Shown: positions 12,431 through 24,187 of the stretch, in pieces
Layout: every line of letters starts with the position of its first letter
Numbering within the stretch: the first letter of the stretch is position 1
Source: Octopus bimaculoides
Lineage: Eukaryota
Direction: 5' to 3'
NCBI RefSeq assembly: GCF_001194135.2
Contig: NC_068981.1
Location: 26,951,732-27,015,731 of the forward strand
DNA: 64,000 nucleotides
The notes under the pieces: model-generated
The model's input: the letters and a program-made list of their open reading frames with translations, nothing else
What the model was told of the DNA's origin: nothing
Databases searched by the model: none
Made by a program: the position numbers and the translations under genes

Positions 12431-12744
12431 TCGAACTCAGAGGATGGATGAAGATATCGATCGAAAGTAAAAACTGAGAAGAAATAGCGTAAGGCATTTT
12501 ATCCGACGCTCTAACGATTGTATGTGTGGCTAAGAGTTAATCGATTAAATCGAACCCAGGAGTTAAATGCACTTTTATGGATATCGCAGAAATAGGAGAC
12601 AAAGTTGATATCAGTTTGCTCCAACTCAGAACATAAAATACAGTAACTAAACACCGCAGTATTTCTCACTTGATGTTCTAAAGTTTGTACTGTTTTTCTC
12701 ACCACATACTTTACTAATAACAACTACGAAAATGATATCTTACA

Positions 12745-12890
12745 GTGGTTACAAATGTTGGCAAGGACCAGTAATTTTAGGAGAACGGATACGTCTATTA
12801 TAACAGTCCCAGTGCTCCTTTATTTGGTACTTATTTTATGAACTTTGAAAGGATGAAAAGCAACGTCACCGCGGTTGAACTTGAATTCAA
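12745..12890 (-). mobile_element. SINE family A, decayed
   Basis: cccagtgct..ggtacttattttat..gaaaggatgaaaagcaa. Confidence 0.6.
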
Positions 12891-13321
12891 GAAAGGCTGC
12901 GAAACAGTTTTTTGACAAAAAAAAAAGAATGCAAAAGGAATATAGTTAAGAAAGCATATATGAGGAATTTATTAATTTATTATTTTAATATTACAGGGTT
13001 TTGCTGATTCATCAAATTTCACACTAAACATCTAGTGTTCAATGCATGAAAATATGCAGAAGAAGCACAAGTTAAATCATGTCCGTACAAACTAAGTGCA
13101 TTACAAGGGTTTATATATAATACATATGAAAAGTTCGTTTGGTTTTTGACTTTGCTACAATTCAAGTACAATGAAAAGTAGCTAACTTCAGAGTGTCCTT
13201 TGTGTATGTGCACTCGTTAGAGACTATAAACTTCATCGCAAGTCTACGCGAACGAACGATGTGACATGTATTTTTCTGTGTTTTGCCTCACTTTGAAACT
13301 GAGGAGCCAAAAGGAACTTTA

Positions 13322-13530
13322 CCGAGCTGGCAGAAACGTTAGCGCGCCGGGCGAAACGCTTAGCAGTATTTCGTCTGTATGTTTTGAGTTCAAATTCCAC
13401 CAAGGTTGCCTTTGCCTTTCATCCTTTCGGAGTCGATAAATTAAGTACCAGTTGCGTACTGGGGTCGATCTAATCGACAGGATCCCTCCTCCAAAATATC
13501 GTGCCTTGTGTATAGAGTAGAAAAGAATAT
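13322..13530 (+). mobile_element. SINE family A
   Basis: Near full-length match to the 8995 copy. Confidence 0.92.
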
Positions 13531-14460
13531 TTAAAAAAAAGCAAGGAAACTGCAGAAACTTGCATGAAGATATGCGCCCTGTACGGAGAGGATGCTATTC
13601 GAGAACACGTGTTTAAGAAATGTTTTTCCAACGATTGTAATTGGGAAATTTTTCGGATGCACATTTCTCTGGCCGTTTAACACTCCTATAGAAACAGGAT
13701 GGTCGCAGATATTCTCCAAATATTCAAATCGAGAGTTGAAATCAATGGTCTCCATGTCTGGTTCATGCATTAATGAAATGAAGTTAATCTCCCAATGGGT
13801 TTCCATCTCCGTTCCGTTGCAGAAAAATGAAGAAAACGATCCTTTTTTGAAGCGAATGTTGATAGGGAATAACATTGGATACTCTATAACAATATGACGA
13901 ACAAAGGATCATCGGATTGGAGCAGCAAACCACCACAGTCAACCTCTGAAAGCATGACTTCACCCGAAGCAAGTTATATTTTCAAATTGATGGGTTTCGA
14001 AGGATTTTGTTTTAAGAGGTTCTTCGCATGGACAAGACCATCAATTCAGATGTGTACTGTGACTAGATAAAGAAAGGCAGTGATCCACTAGAGGCGTGCT
14101 GTAACTGATAATCGTAAGGGCATTGTCTTTCATCGTGACAATGTCAGACCGCTCACTTATTTCAGGTGTGGTAGGAGTTACAAGGGTTTTGAAGGGAAGT
14201 TTTGTCTCACCCTCTACATATTCCCCCGATCTTATACCTTCAGATTTCCATGTCTTTAGGTCTTTTCAAAATTCATTGAATGGACCGACCTTTAACTCTG
14301 AAGGGGATGTAAGCAATCATGAGTAAAGTAAAAGGGAAATGGCCAAAGACACTAAAACGAAACAGTAGTTATATCTTTGAATGAATAAATCGCTTTGTGT
14401 TTAAAATTTGTCTTAATTTCGCTTAAAAGACCAGACAGACTTTTTGGTAGACCCAATATA
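13530..14460 (+). mobile_element. Decayed mariner (IS630/Tc1/mariner) DNA transposon, 5' end missing
   Basis: Frameshifted transposase remnants: ETAETCMKICALYGEDAIRE (HTH region), KNEENDPFLKRMLIG, and YSPDLIPSDFHVFRSFQNSLNG (YSPDLAP motif, ~14218). TIR-like end acagactttttggtagacccaata followed by TA. Confidence 0.88.
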
Positions 14461-16054
14461 ATAACATTTGATGCATGATTGAATGTGTAATGCATATTAC
14501 AAATAAGAGGCAATAGCATGCACGAGAAAATAGAATTTGTGAAATTCTATAAAGTTAAGAACATCTAATTGATAAGAAAAGGATAAAAATATAAAATAAA
14601 GACCCTGGCTTAGTAGTTTGCTCCCGCAAATAATTCATACATAACATAGACAATTTCTAAATTATGGTGCATATTTTTCGATTAAAATTTATTTTCGTAC
14701 GAGTGTACCAGAACACAAGCATAATTTCAAGAGAGAAAATAACGGGTTTTATAAATAATTTGCTGCCTAATATAGTAATTTGTTTAAGTAGATGCAAAAT
14801 ATCTGTTATAGAGATAGAACACGAAATAGAAAAATAAAATATAATGAGAATGCGATGAGAAAAGAAGAAATGGATATAAAATATCAGCAATAATTTATGA
14901 AACCTAGACTGAATTTTACAGTAAAAGGGTATTTAGACGCAGAGCAAGAGAAATATATTCTCCTGAAAATCTACCAGATAAATAAAGGAAACAGATTGCA
15001 AAAAAATATCTTCAGGATAAGTTCGGCTCTTCAGAAAAATAAATCATATCGTCTAAGTCATAGAGATACACATGCACACACATACAGAGACACTTACACA
15101 CTCATACGCATCTACATACTCACACGTGACAACCCATATTCCCACACCACGTAAGCTATGGGAAAATAACATATATGAACCAGTTGTGATGTAACGAAAG
15201 AAATAAGCATACAGATATATGAATTGAAATGTTCTTCGTTTGTGAAACAAAGAGTAACGTCTTAATGACAAAATAGTGGGTAATTTCAAGGCACTTACAA
15301 GTAATTTAAGGCCAAAATGAATTTCCTTCTTTACAATGATGTGAAGTATAATATCAAACGAAGAGCAAAGGAGTTGGTTTACGTTTACTGGGCTTCGTTA
15401 TTAAATTGTCATCAACCCAAGTTCCACTTGAATCAGTAGTCAGATAAAGATTTTCAGGTAGAACAAAAATAACGGTTTTCAGCGGTAAAAATTGTATAAT
15501 TGTAATAACGAGGTGAGAAATAGAGCAAAGAATACTTATAACCAGAGACAGGAATTACGAGATTTAACTGATTGACGTTCACTGAACCATAAAGACAACG
15601 TTTTTTTTTTTCGTTGGAGGAAGAAAATCAAGATTGGTGTTATTAGTTAAGGAAGCTGAAATTAAAGGGGAAATTATTTCGTAGAATAAATGAAAACATA
15701 TTCAGTGAAAAATAAACACTTAGTGGGAGAGAGCCAGATATGTTTGTTAGCAAAATGACAGCTGAAGATATTGTTTAATAGTATTAAAGTATCAGCAGTG
15801 AGGCAAATTTACCAAGTCTCAATTGATCAATAGATAGGAATTTACGTTGTCAGGTACGAAAGAAGTGATCTTAAACCTAACCGTGAAAACGTAAATTTTT
15901 GTGAAATCCATCCCTAGTTTCTTGGGAGTTGCTATGAAGTGCGGCTGTATCTTAGTTTTCTTTTTCTAAATATATGAAAATTCCAATTCAGTAACATTTT
16001 TTCTGTGCATCACTACTGATATGCATGGGTGATCACGGGCGTTAGAGCGTGTGG

Positions 16055-16595
16055 GTATCATTCAAGTATGGTAGTAGTTGAATAATATTCTTAAGACCGC
16101 AATTTACTCACACGCACCATCTTTCAGAGTTTGTTGCTTATTCAGTTATTAATCAAACGGAAAATACTATTAACATCATTGAAGGGGACTGGTCCCTAGC
16201 TACATTTTGGCATAACAAAATTGAGATTTGGTCCAGTAGAAAAAAGTTTACATCAAAATCTGTAGCAAACTTATAGGAAAGTAAGTGACGCCACCAATCA
16301 AGTTTCGATCTAAATAACGTCTTTTTTTATTTTGCTGGCAAAATATATTTATGTTAATTTCAACGATAGAAGAAAGCATGAAGAATGTTATAGTTTTGGA
16401 TCCATGCAACACAAGTTTGTATGAAAAAAGTCGTGAGGTATAATATCATTAAAAGGAATATAAGTAAGGCAAAAAATTGGATTTAAGTATAATTAACTTT
16501 CTTATTTTAAAAACAAACTACATTTTAGTTAAGCTTAACTAATAGAGCTCAATTCCAGGAATTTCATGGTATCAATCTCATGCAATGTAGTTTGA
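16055..16595 (+). repeat. Local segmental duplicate, copy 2 (partner 5990-6475)
   Basis: Shared strings include ccgcaatttactcacacgcaccatctttcagag and ttccaggaatttcatggtatcaatctcatgcaatg. Confidence 0.9.
16096..16280 (+). CDS. Candidate coding exon of unknown product (paralogue B): PQFTHTHHLSEFVAYSVINQTENTINIIEGDWSLATFWHNKIEIWSSRKKFTSKSVANL*
   Basis: About 86% identical to 6032-6216 with no indels. TAG at 16274-16276, GTAAGT at 16281, weaker acceptor (ttcttaag). Confidence 0.4.
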
Positions 16596-16994
16596 AAAGA
16601 AAGAAGTTATGTGTGTTTGTTTCTCAAATAGTTCTATATATTTTTATGAATATAGTTCTATAAAGGACTTTAATATGTCACTAGCATCATTAAGGTAAGG
16701 AAAAATTATCAGCGACACCAGTAATTGACACATTTGACACATTATTAATTAGCATAATAGCATAGCCTTGAAAAAACATGGATTACAAGGAAAATGCGAG
16801 CAAGAGAAACAATATTAAGATTATAAAACTGGAAATTTTCAGGAAAAGTTCAGGCCCAGTTATTACATCTGGTACAGAACAAGAATATTTTTACTTAAAA
16901 TATTGCAGCTAAGAATGAAATTTGTGTATTAAAAAATTTTTGATTTTAATTTACAAATTAAAATTATAATTAAAAAAAAGTTACCATCATTTTA

Positions 16995-17150
16995 TCCGTC
17001 GCAGGATTACTCATTTTGCCAGCTGAGTGAACTGGAGTAATGTGAAATGAGGTGTATTGCTCAAGACGACAACGTGTCACCCAGTCCAGGAATCGAAACC
17101 ACAATCTTTATGATCATGCGTCCAACACCTTAACCTCTAATCCACGCACC
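16995..17150 (-). mobile_element. tRNA-headed SINE family C
   Basis: Minus strand has a B-box-like ggtttcgattcc and the core ttgagcaatacacctcatttcacattactccagttcactcagctggc. Related copies at 24040 and 52555. Confidence 0.75.
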
Positions 17151-17188
17151 TCTACACTAGCAAAAGAGTTCAGCAGGTAAACACTTAC

Positions 17189-17277
17189 GTTAATAGATCC
17201 ACTATTAACATTGAAAAAATATTGGGTGACTATCGTAGCTTTCATATATATATATCTTAAACGTGATTGAGTGTAGA
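17189..17277 (-). CDS. Candidate internal exon (xYTQSRLRYIYMKATIVTQYFFNVNSGSIN)
   Basis: Strong acceptor (ccctttctttatccttcag) and donor (aac|gtaagt). One frame is open (phase 1 to 0). No homology recognised. Confidence 0.25.
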
Positions 17278-17470
17278 CTGAAGGATAAAGAAAGGGTGAG
17301 TGAATATATACATCCATTGACATAGTCGATTTTTACAATGATAACCAGTCTTGTTGTGGGAAAGTCTAACACTAAACTAAACCTAACTTAACACATGAAT
17401 GCTTCTACATGTCACTGACTGGGAGACTGTGTTCTTTGACCCCTGATTGTTGCTTGATATTCTTCTTTAC

Positions 17471-17644
17471 ATGCTGTGAACAAGGCTGCAATCAGAAATG
17501 CAGTGGAGCATTTCTGATTCCTTAGAATTTCGCTGACATTAGTCAACTGATTCGATATATAGTAGTAGGTAACATTGATTAGATGTTTCATGATCTCATC
17601 ACTCAATTTGAAGATTCTGTTATTGTTCTTGAAACCTCTCGAAA
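17471..17644 (-). CDS. Candidate internal exon (xSRGFKNNNRIFKLSDEIMKHLINVTYYYISNQLTNVSEILRNQKCSTAFLIAALFTA)
   Basis: Acceptor aattttcttttcag, open phase-1 frame, modest donor (gcat|gtaaag). Phase-compatible with 17189-17277. Confidence 0.22.
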
Positions 17645-17705
17645 CTGAAAAGAAAATTCGAATTGAAACAGAGACGACTTCTGTCCATGCTAGAAATTAT
17701 TATTA

Positions 17706-17762
<57 letters not shown>

Positions 17763-18371
17763 GTTTGACTTTTGCTTTGTATTTGTACAAGGTGGCCCCA
17801 AGTCTCACCCAGAGACCTCAAGAGATGACAAGTTAGAAGTTCATGTTGATGTTATGCATAGCGTGTCATATATTTGGTTATGCATATAGTATTTGTTCCA
17901 GAGAATGTTTAAGAAAACAGACAAATTATGAGTTTGTTTTAAAATTTGAGATTACATAGACAGTATATTAGGTAGGATATGAGCCGTTCCCATGACCACT
18001 ATCTTTCGAATGTCAGACATTTTGTGGTTTCCTGGCATCTGAGCTAGGTAGCAATCGGTCCTTTTTTTATTATTATTATTCAGTAGTTTTATTTTTATAA
18101 CGTGCTTTCACTTCACTACCGAGCGCAGCTCTGTGCGCCTTGGGTATGTGCTGTGGTTTGCTGTAGTGCTCTTATGGTCACTGTATTGAAAGTGTTTTGC
18201 GTAGGATGTGTTTTTGTTATGTATTTGTCTGAATTTTTTTTTTATTATAACTACGGCACCTACTATGATAGGAATTGTTTCTGTTTTTAGATTCCACATT
18301 CGAGTTACCTCTATTTCCAGGTCTTAGTTACCTCTATTTCCAAGTCTTTTAGTTACCTCTATTTCCAGGTC

Positions 18372-18422
<51 letters not shown>

Positions 18423-18423
<1 letters not shown>

Positions 18424-18979
18424 GAGTGAGAGAGCAGCGCATGCCATCAAAGTGACTCTGAAGTACAAATATACGAAACCCAGTAAAGCCTTCATAACTA
18501 CCCATCTGATAACGGTACACCAGTCACATACATCACAACCATATGTGCGTGACATGGTGATCTCATATAAAGGAAAACAGCGCATGACCTTGATAGTGAA
18601 GTTTAGTTAGAATTTTCTTCAGGTCGAGTAGCCCATTCCACTCAAAATTTCCCTGAATGAGGTTTGTTTAAGTATGTTGAAAGAAACACCCATTTATCCA
18701 GAGGTGATTTGTTTAAACCACAAAGAATTATTTTCAACAAATACCCATGATGCTACCCCACTACTTCTGCTCGTGATCAGACATGCGCATATCGTCAGCC
18801 ACCAAAGACATGCTCAACTGGTTAAGGTCAAACAACTGACAAGCAAATCTGTGGTATTAAGCAGAATATTTGCTGGAGCCTATGTTTGTACCAAGGCAAA
18901 ACAATGTACATTATAACACTTCCAATCAGTTAAGATCAAAATTTATGAGAGTCACAGCCTGGTACTGCATTATGGCATT
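18423..18979 (-). mobile_element. ~550-bp retroposon 3' segment ending in (AAT)n, probable R4/Dong-clade LINE 3' UTR, copy 1
   Basis: Roughly 80% identical by eye to 19088-19633. Flanked on both sides by (ATT)n. Confidence 0.65.
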
Positions 18980-18997
18980 TATCATTATTATTATTAA

Positions 18998-19028
<31 letters not shown>

Positions 19029-19087
19029 GTTGTTGTTGTTGTTGTTATTGTTCTTGTTGTTCTTGTTGCTCTTGTTATTATTATTAC

Positions 19088-19765
19088 TGAGTGAGAGAGC
19101 AGTGCATGCCATCAAAATGACACCGGGGTAAAATATATGAATCCCAGTTTACCCATCATGGCTACTATTCTATTAAGGGTACACCGGGAATATGCATCAC
19201 AACCAGATGTGCGCGAAATGGTGATCTCCTATCAAGATAAACAGCGCATGATCTTGCAGGCGGGGTGCAGTTAGAATTTTCTTAAGGTTGAGTAGCCCAT
19301 CCCAATGAAGAGGTTGCTGAATAAGGGTTGTTTAAGGACGTTGAATGAAACAGCTATTTCAACGGTGAAATACCCAAACTCCAAAGAATTCTTCTCAACG
19401 CATGGCTACTTCTACTCCCCCACTACTTCTGCTCGTGATCAGAGCTGTACATATCATCAGCCACCAGGGGACATGCTCAACTGGTTAAGGTCAAACAACT
19501 GACAAGCAAGTCTGTGGTATTGGGTAGAATATTTGCTGTAGCCCATCTTTTATACCAAGACAAAACATTGTGCATGATAACACTTCCCATCAATTAAGAT
19601 CAGAAGCCATGAGAGCCACTGTCTGTTACTGCACAATATCCAATCTCGTGTTGCTGTTGATAGAAGATATTGTGTGTATGGGAGTCTGTACTCTCTGTCA
19701 AGTCTCAACAAGGATTTCAGACAAACAGTACGTGCAGTTCTAGGTAATGCCGATTTTTTAAATAC
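19088..19765 (-). mobile_element. Longer copy of the same retroposon, retaining a probable R4/Dong ORF C-terminus
   Basis: Minus strand reads FKKSALPRTARTVCLKSLL (~19705-19762), resembling the QKxALLGTAxILRK end of R4-clade ORFs, and runs into the shared 550-bp segment and an (AAT)n-type tail. Confidence 0.55.
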
Positions 19766-20951
19766 TATTATTATTACTATTATAATTATTACTATTATTA
19801 TTGTTGCTGTTGTTGTTGTTGTTAATTTTGTTATTATTAACATGTATTCTCTGTTATGGTACAAAATATCTACAGTGGAATTTTCTTCAGACATAATCTA
19901 TACTTCCAAAATTTTAGTACGATTTCATAGGGCAAATCCTGATCCTTCTTACTAAACTTCTAAAGCATTACGGTCGAGCTATCGTCAGGTTTTACTGCAG
20001 CAAAAAATACACAGTAACATAGATTCGTCGCAAGTTATTGTCAAAATATTTACTAGATCTTCTTAAAACTTCCATCTTAGCTTGAGAGGTGAAAGATATA
20101 TATTACCACTTGGATTCTCAAATAATCTATCTGTAAAGAAAAGATCACCAGGTTCAGAAAGACTTGGATTATGCGCTCATCCAACTGACATTGACTTGAC
20201 GCTAAACACAAAGAAGCTATAATGAATATTTCTTTAAGCTCTTTAAAATATCTAATTAAAAGTTGTCTGAAATTGGATCTTTCGATAGAGAAAGCAAGCA
20301 ACCGAAATAGTGAGTATGCTTTATATTAATTTAAAATGCACAATACAAGTAGTTAATGATGCATATGGTTAGTAAGTATACGAATATCCAAAAAGTACAC
20401 AAAAGCGGATATTATTAACAGTAATTTTTTATGGAACATATCTTAATATGTAATAGAACGTTTGAATGATTTTTTTTAAAATGCATACTACTTAGAGATA
20501 CCATGACATTTAAGATGAATATGTAATTTTCATGGAAAACCCTATGTAATAGGGCAATTAAATATGATGGCATATTCGAAATCCCTGCTTGCTGAGGTTT
20601 AGACTTCTGCACTTTCTTTGCAACATCCGGACTTTATCAAATGCTAACTTAAAACTCTTGACGTTAAATATTATATGCTTCAATATCACCGGTTTCGTCA
20701 ATCTTCTGAATTTCATGATCAAAACATTTCCAAATGATCGGGCCATAATATTCGTGTCAATGTGTTTGTGTGTATGTTCACAAAACTGCATCAAACAGAG
20801 ACCAAATTTCATTTGGATCCTATGGTGCCGTTTACAGAGATAGATTTGATAATGTACTTTTACAGAAACTAGGTAGCATAAATGAGATAAATATACTTAC
20901 AAATTATCTTTTCATTGGCTTCTTTAACAAGATATTTTTTGTTGAAAGAAT

Positions 20952-21160
20952 GCGGTGAGCTGGTAGATTTGTTAATATGTAGGACAAAATACTTAGTAGC
21001 ATTTCTTCCGACTTCACGACATTCTTGTATGAAAATCCTTGGAAGTTGACATTTCTTTTCATTCTTTTGTGGTTGATAAAATAAACTGCAAGTTAAGTAC
21101 AGGGGACGATGTAATCGACGAGTCACCCTTTCCGAAACTTGCTGACCAAAATCTTAAACC
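20952..21160 (+). mobile_element. SINE family A, old copy
   Basis: gcggtgagctggtag...gatgtaatcgac. Confidence 0.7.
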
Positions 21161-23077
21161 ACTAATTTCATTGAAAGAATAACAATTCCTCAGTAATAAC
21201 AACGAAGATGTGGGTTAACTATAAGGCAATCAGTTATAGGGCGCCCAGTCTGCCTCTTGCTTTGTACTTGAGTCTTTCAAGACGATTAAAATATAAATGT
21301 AGCACAGGTGCATCTGAAAATCTGGACATAATTAATAGGATAGACACTGAAATATTTCTAAAATACAAGAAATAATTTCACACGAAACTTCCAATTTTTT
21401 CAAACTTTCCAACCCTAAAACATTTTTCACTACTAAGGCAAGCCAGTTGCAAATCAGTATTCTAAAGGGCGAAATGTATAGCACCGAGAGCTGTGAGAAA
21501 ATCGTTATTTTTCGAGAGACACACAGTGCAGAGTTCGAAACTTCCTTTGGATCTTAGGCTATGACTGAAACACTGAGCACTGAAACTATTAAATCGTAAT
21601 TTCAATTCTTTCCACATCGCTCTAATAGGATCTTCGGGTCAGAAATAGAGAAGAGTATTAACTTTTCCGATTTTACTTATGCAAATAAAACAACAAGAAC
21701 GAAATCGAATTAAACCAAAATAAATAAAAAATCGAGAGAAAGAAATAAAAAATGTTTTCATCTATTCTCGAACAGAAATCACTAAATGAAGAGAAATGTA
21801 ACCACTGAACATGAACTTTTGTGCAATTTCATACCTGATTTTTCTTTTTAATCTAAATAATGTTCATATTCCGATTCGTGCTTCATCGATCATTATTCAT
21901 TATTATCATTATGCTTTTATTTATTTATTCGTAGAATTATAGAATATTTTACGTCCTTTTTTTTTTTTTTACACTTAACACACATGTTCATTAACATATT
22001 TTTATTGTTTCAGATTTACGCGTATTTCCAGCTTGCTAGTCTAAATTTTAATTATTTCTACACGTGCCAACTTATGTTATTTGTTTTACACTAATTCAAA
22101 TCATCATTATTATTTTGTTTATTATTTTTAATTTTCGTTTGGCTGTTGCGTTTTATTTTTGGCAATTCTCTCTAGTTTTTCTATTTTGTTTAGTATTTTT
22201 TTTTATTTTCTATTTATTTTGTACCATAACAATCTTTAGATTTTCCATACGTTAAACCTGTGCTGTATCTAAACACTATTTTATTATCGATGCAATTCTA
22301 AATTTCTCCTCTGAACAATGTTTATATTCAACAAAAGGAAAAACAAAAATAAAAGCATGACAAGAAATAACTATTCTTATTTCATGCATTGATAGTCTTA
22401 ATTACTGGCATCACTAAGCAACTATATGTAATTTAGTTTTATTTATTGTGTATTATTTTTTATTTTAATTTTCTTACATCTACATTCATCTATTCTTGGT
22501 TTTGATTTGCTACGCAGATGCTATTTTGTATTTTTGTCTAATATGACGTTCTTTCGTTTAATATTCCGACACCCCGAAGTTTTAATTTAGCTAGTTTGTG
22601 AAATAATAAATCTATAAAACAGTAATAAAAATAATGTTCCTTTTTATTTAGACATTAGCTAACAATTTTAAAAGGATGACTGAATTATATCCAGAGTTTA
22701 CTTAAGGGCACTAGGCAGTGAAATGAATTATTACAATACAAACATGAAAACGTATTGCAAATCGTGATTAAAAGTATTTTCTTTGTACAGCATTAGCTAA
22801 AGTAGAGCAAAAATAATTTTCTTCTTCATTAAAAACCTTATTCATTACGAGTACACGAATTTCGTATCTACCGCAAGTTTCCTTTGGCTAACTCGAAATA
22901 TGAAGACATATGGACATCGCTAAGAACACGACATGGATGTTTCAGTCTTATTTGCCCACTTTGTAAGAATTCGTCCCTATATTGGCTACCTTATTGGAAA
23001 ACTTTAACAGCAGATTTATGCCCTTGTAAATATTCCACAAAAGAATTTTCAATTATTTCCACTTCCTTTTTTTGCAG

Positions 23078-23192
23078 TTAAGATATTCGAAAAAGCATAC
23101 ACTCTTAGTCAACGCATTTTACCTAACCTCAACTACAAAATTTGTTGTAATCCACTGCAAGCTAATCTCGACATGGCAAAGTTGTTGTCATG
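23078..23192 (+). CDS. Candidate exon (xKIFEKAYTLSQRILPNLNYKICCNPLQANLDMAKLLSW, or an ATG-containing MAKLLS exon)
   Basis: Strong acceptor cttcctttttttgcag and donor catg|gtgagt. Two of three frames are open. No homology recognised. Confidence 0.3.
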
Positions 23193-24039
23193 GTGAGTTG
23201 CAACTTAGTGTTAGTTCCATATAGCAATCATTTGTCTTACCCTTCATCACAAATACCGTTTGTATGTGCGTAAATATCACAGCAAATCAATATTCACATG
23301 ATCTGCCAATTGGATTGTTAGAGAAATGAAATGGTAATTACAAATGTACATTGAAAAATAGAAAGGATTCAAAATCTTATATGTTGACAAACAACCACAA
23401 TATCCATAAAATGAATCTCCTATGTTAAAAACTGTCAACTGCAAATATATAGACTCTTTAGTTTTTTCTCTATTTTTTTGCTGGGATTCAGGAATAAAGT
23501 TTTTCTTATTCCAGTTTCTCATTGTTTTATCGCAGTAAAGCAATGTTTAGTTACTATTACATGTGTGCTTGTGTGAGTGTATGTGTGAGTGAGTGAGAGA
23601 GTGAGAGAAAAAGAGAGAGATACACGAATAGAAGTAAGACTTTGATTTGAAGTCCAACTTTGCTTTTCCATTCTTTGGAATTGTGGAAGTATGCACCAGA
23701 TGAGTACTGGCTCTCAAACAAATCAATTTTGGAAAAATAATAATAAATAAATAATGTCAAATTGGTTCATAATTATGAAATACTTATAAATTTCATACTT
23801 GAAATTAATTACTGTACAAGATACAAGTCTTTTGTGGGTCTTGAAAAACGCAAATGGTTAACATCTGAAAATAATTCCGCTTATAAAATGAAATTGTGAT
23901 TTCACGAACCAAATATTTTGTATCACATACATTGGAGAATTAACCTCATTTCTAGTATTTAGATTAATTTACCAGAACTGCAGTGAAAAGAACGCGTTCT
24001 AATAGAATATTCGGCTCATAATTTCATGGTTTCAATTTG

Positions 24040-24135
24040 TTAAAGAGGAGGTGCATTTGCTTTTTGAGCAAGACACCTTATTTCACATTGCTCCTGTTTC
24101 CTCAGCTGCAAGCGAGTACTGACCAGGTTCTGGTG
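24040..24135 (+). mobile_element. SINE family C fragment
   Basis: ttgagcaagacaccttatttcacattgctcc. Confidence 0.6.
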
Positions 24136-24155
24136 CAGCTCTCTCCCTCTTTCTT

Positions 24156-24187
<32 letters not shown>

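Noticed and set aside
17220-17277. Cadherin-like string ITFKIYIYESYDSHPIF
   Set aside because: The IYIY part comes from a (TA)n run and the frame stops immediately afterwards.
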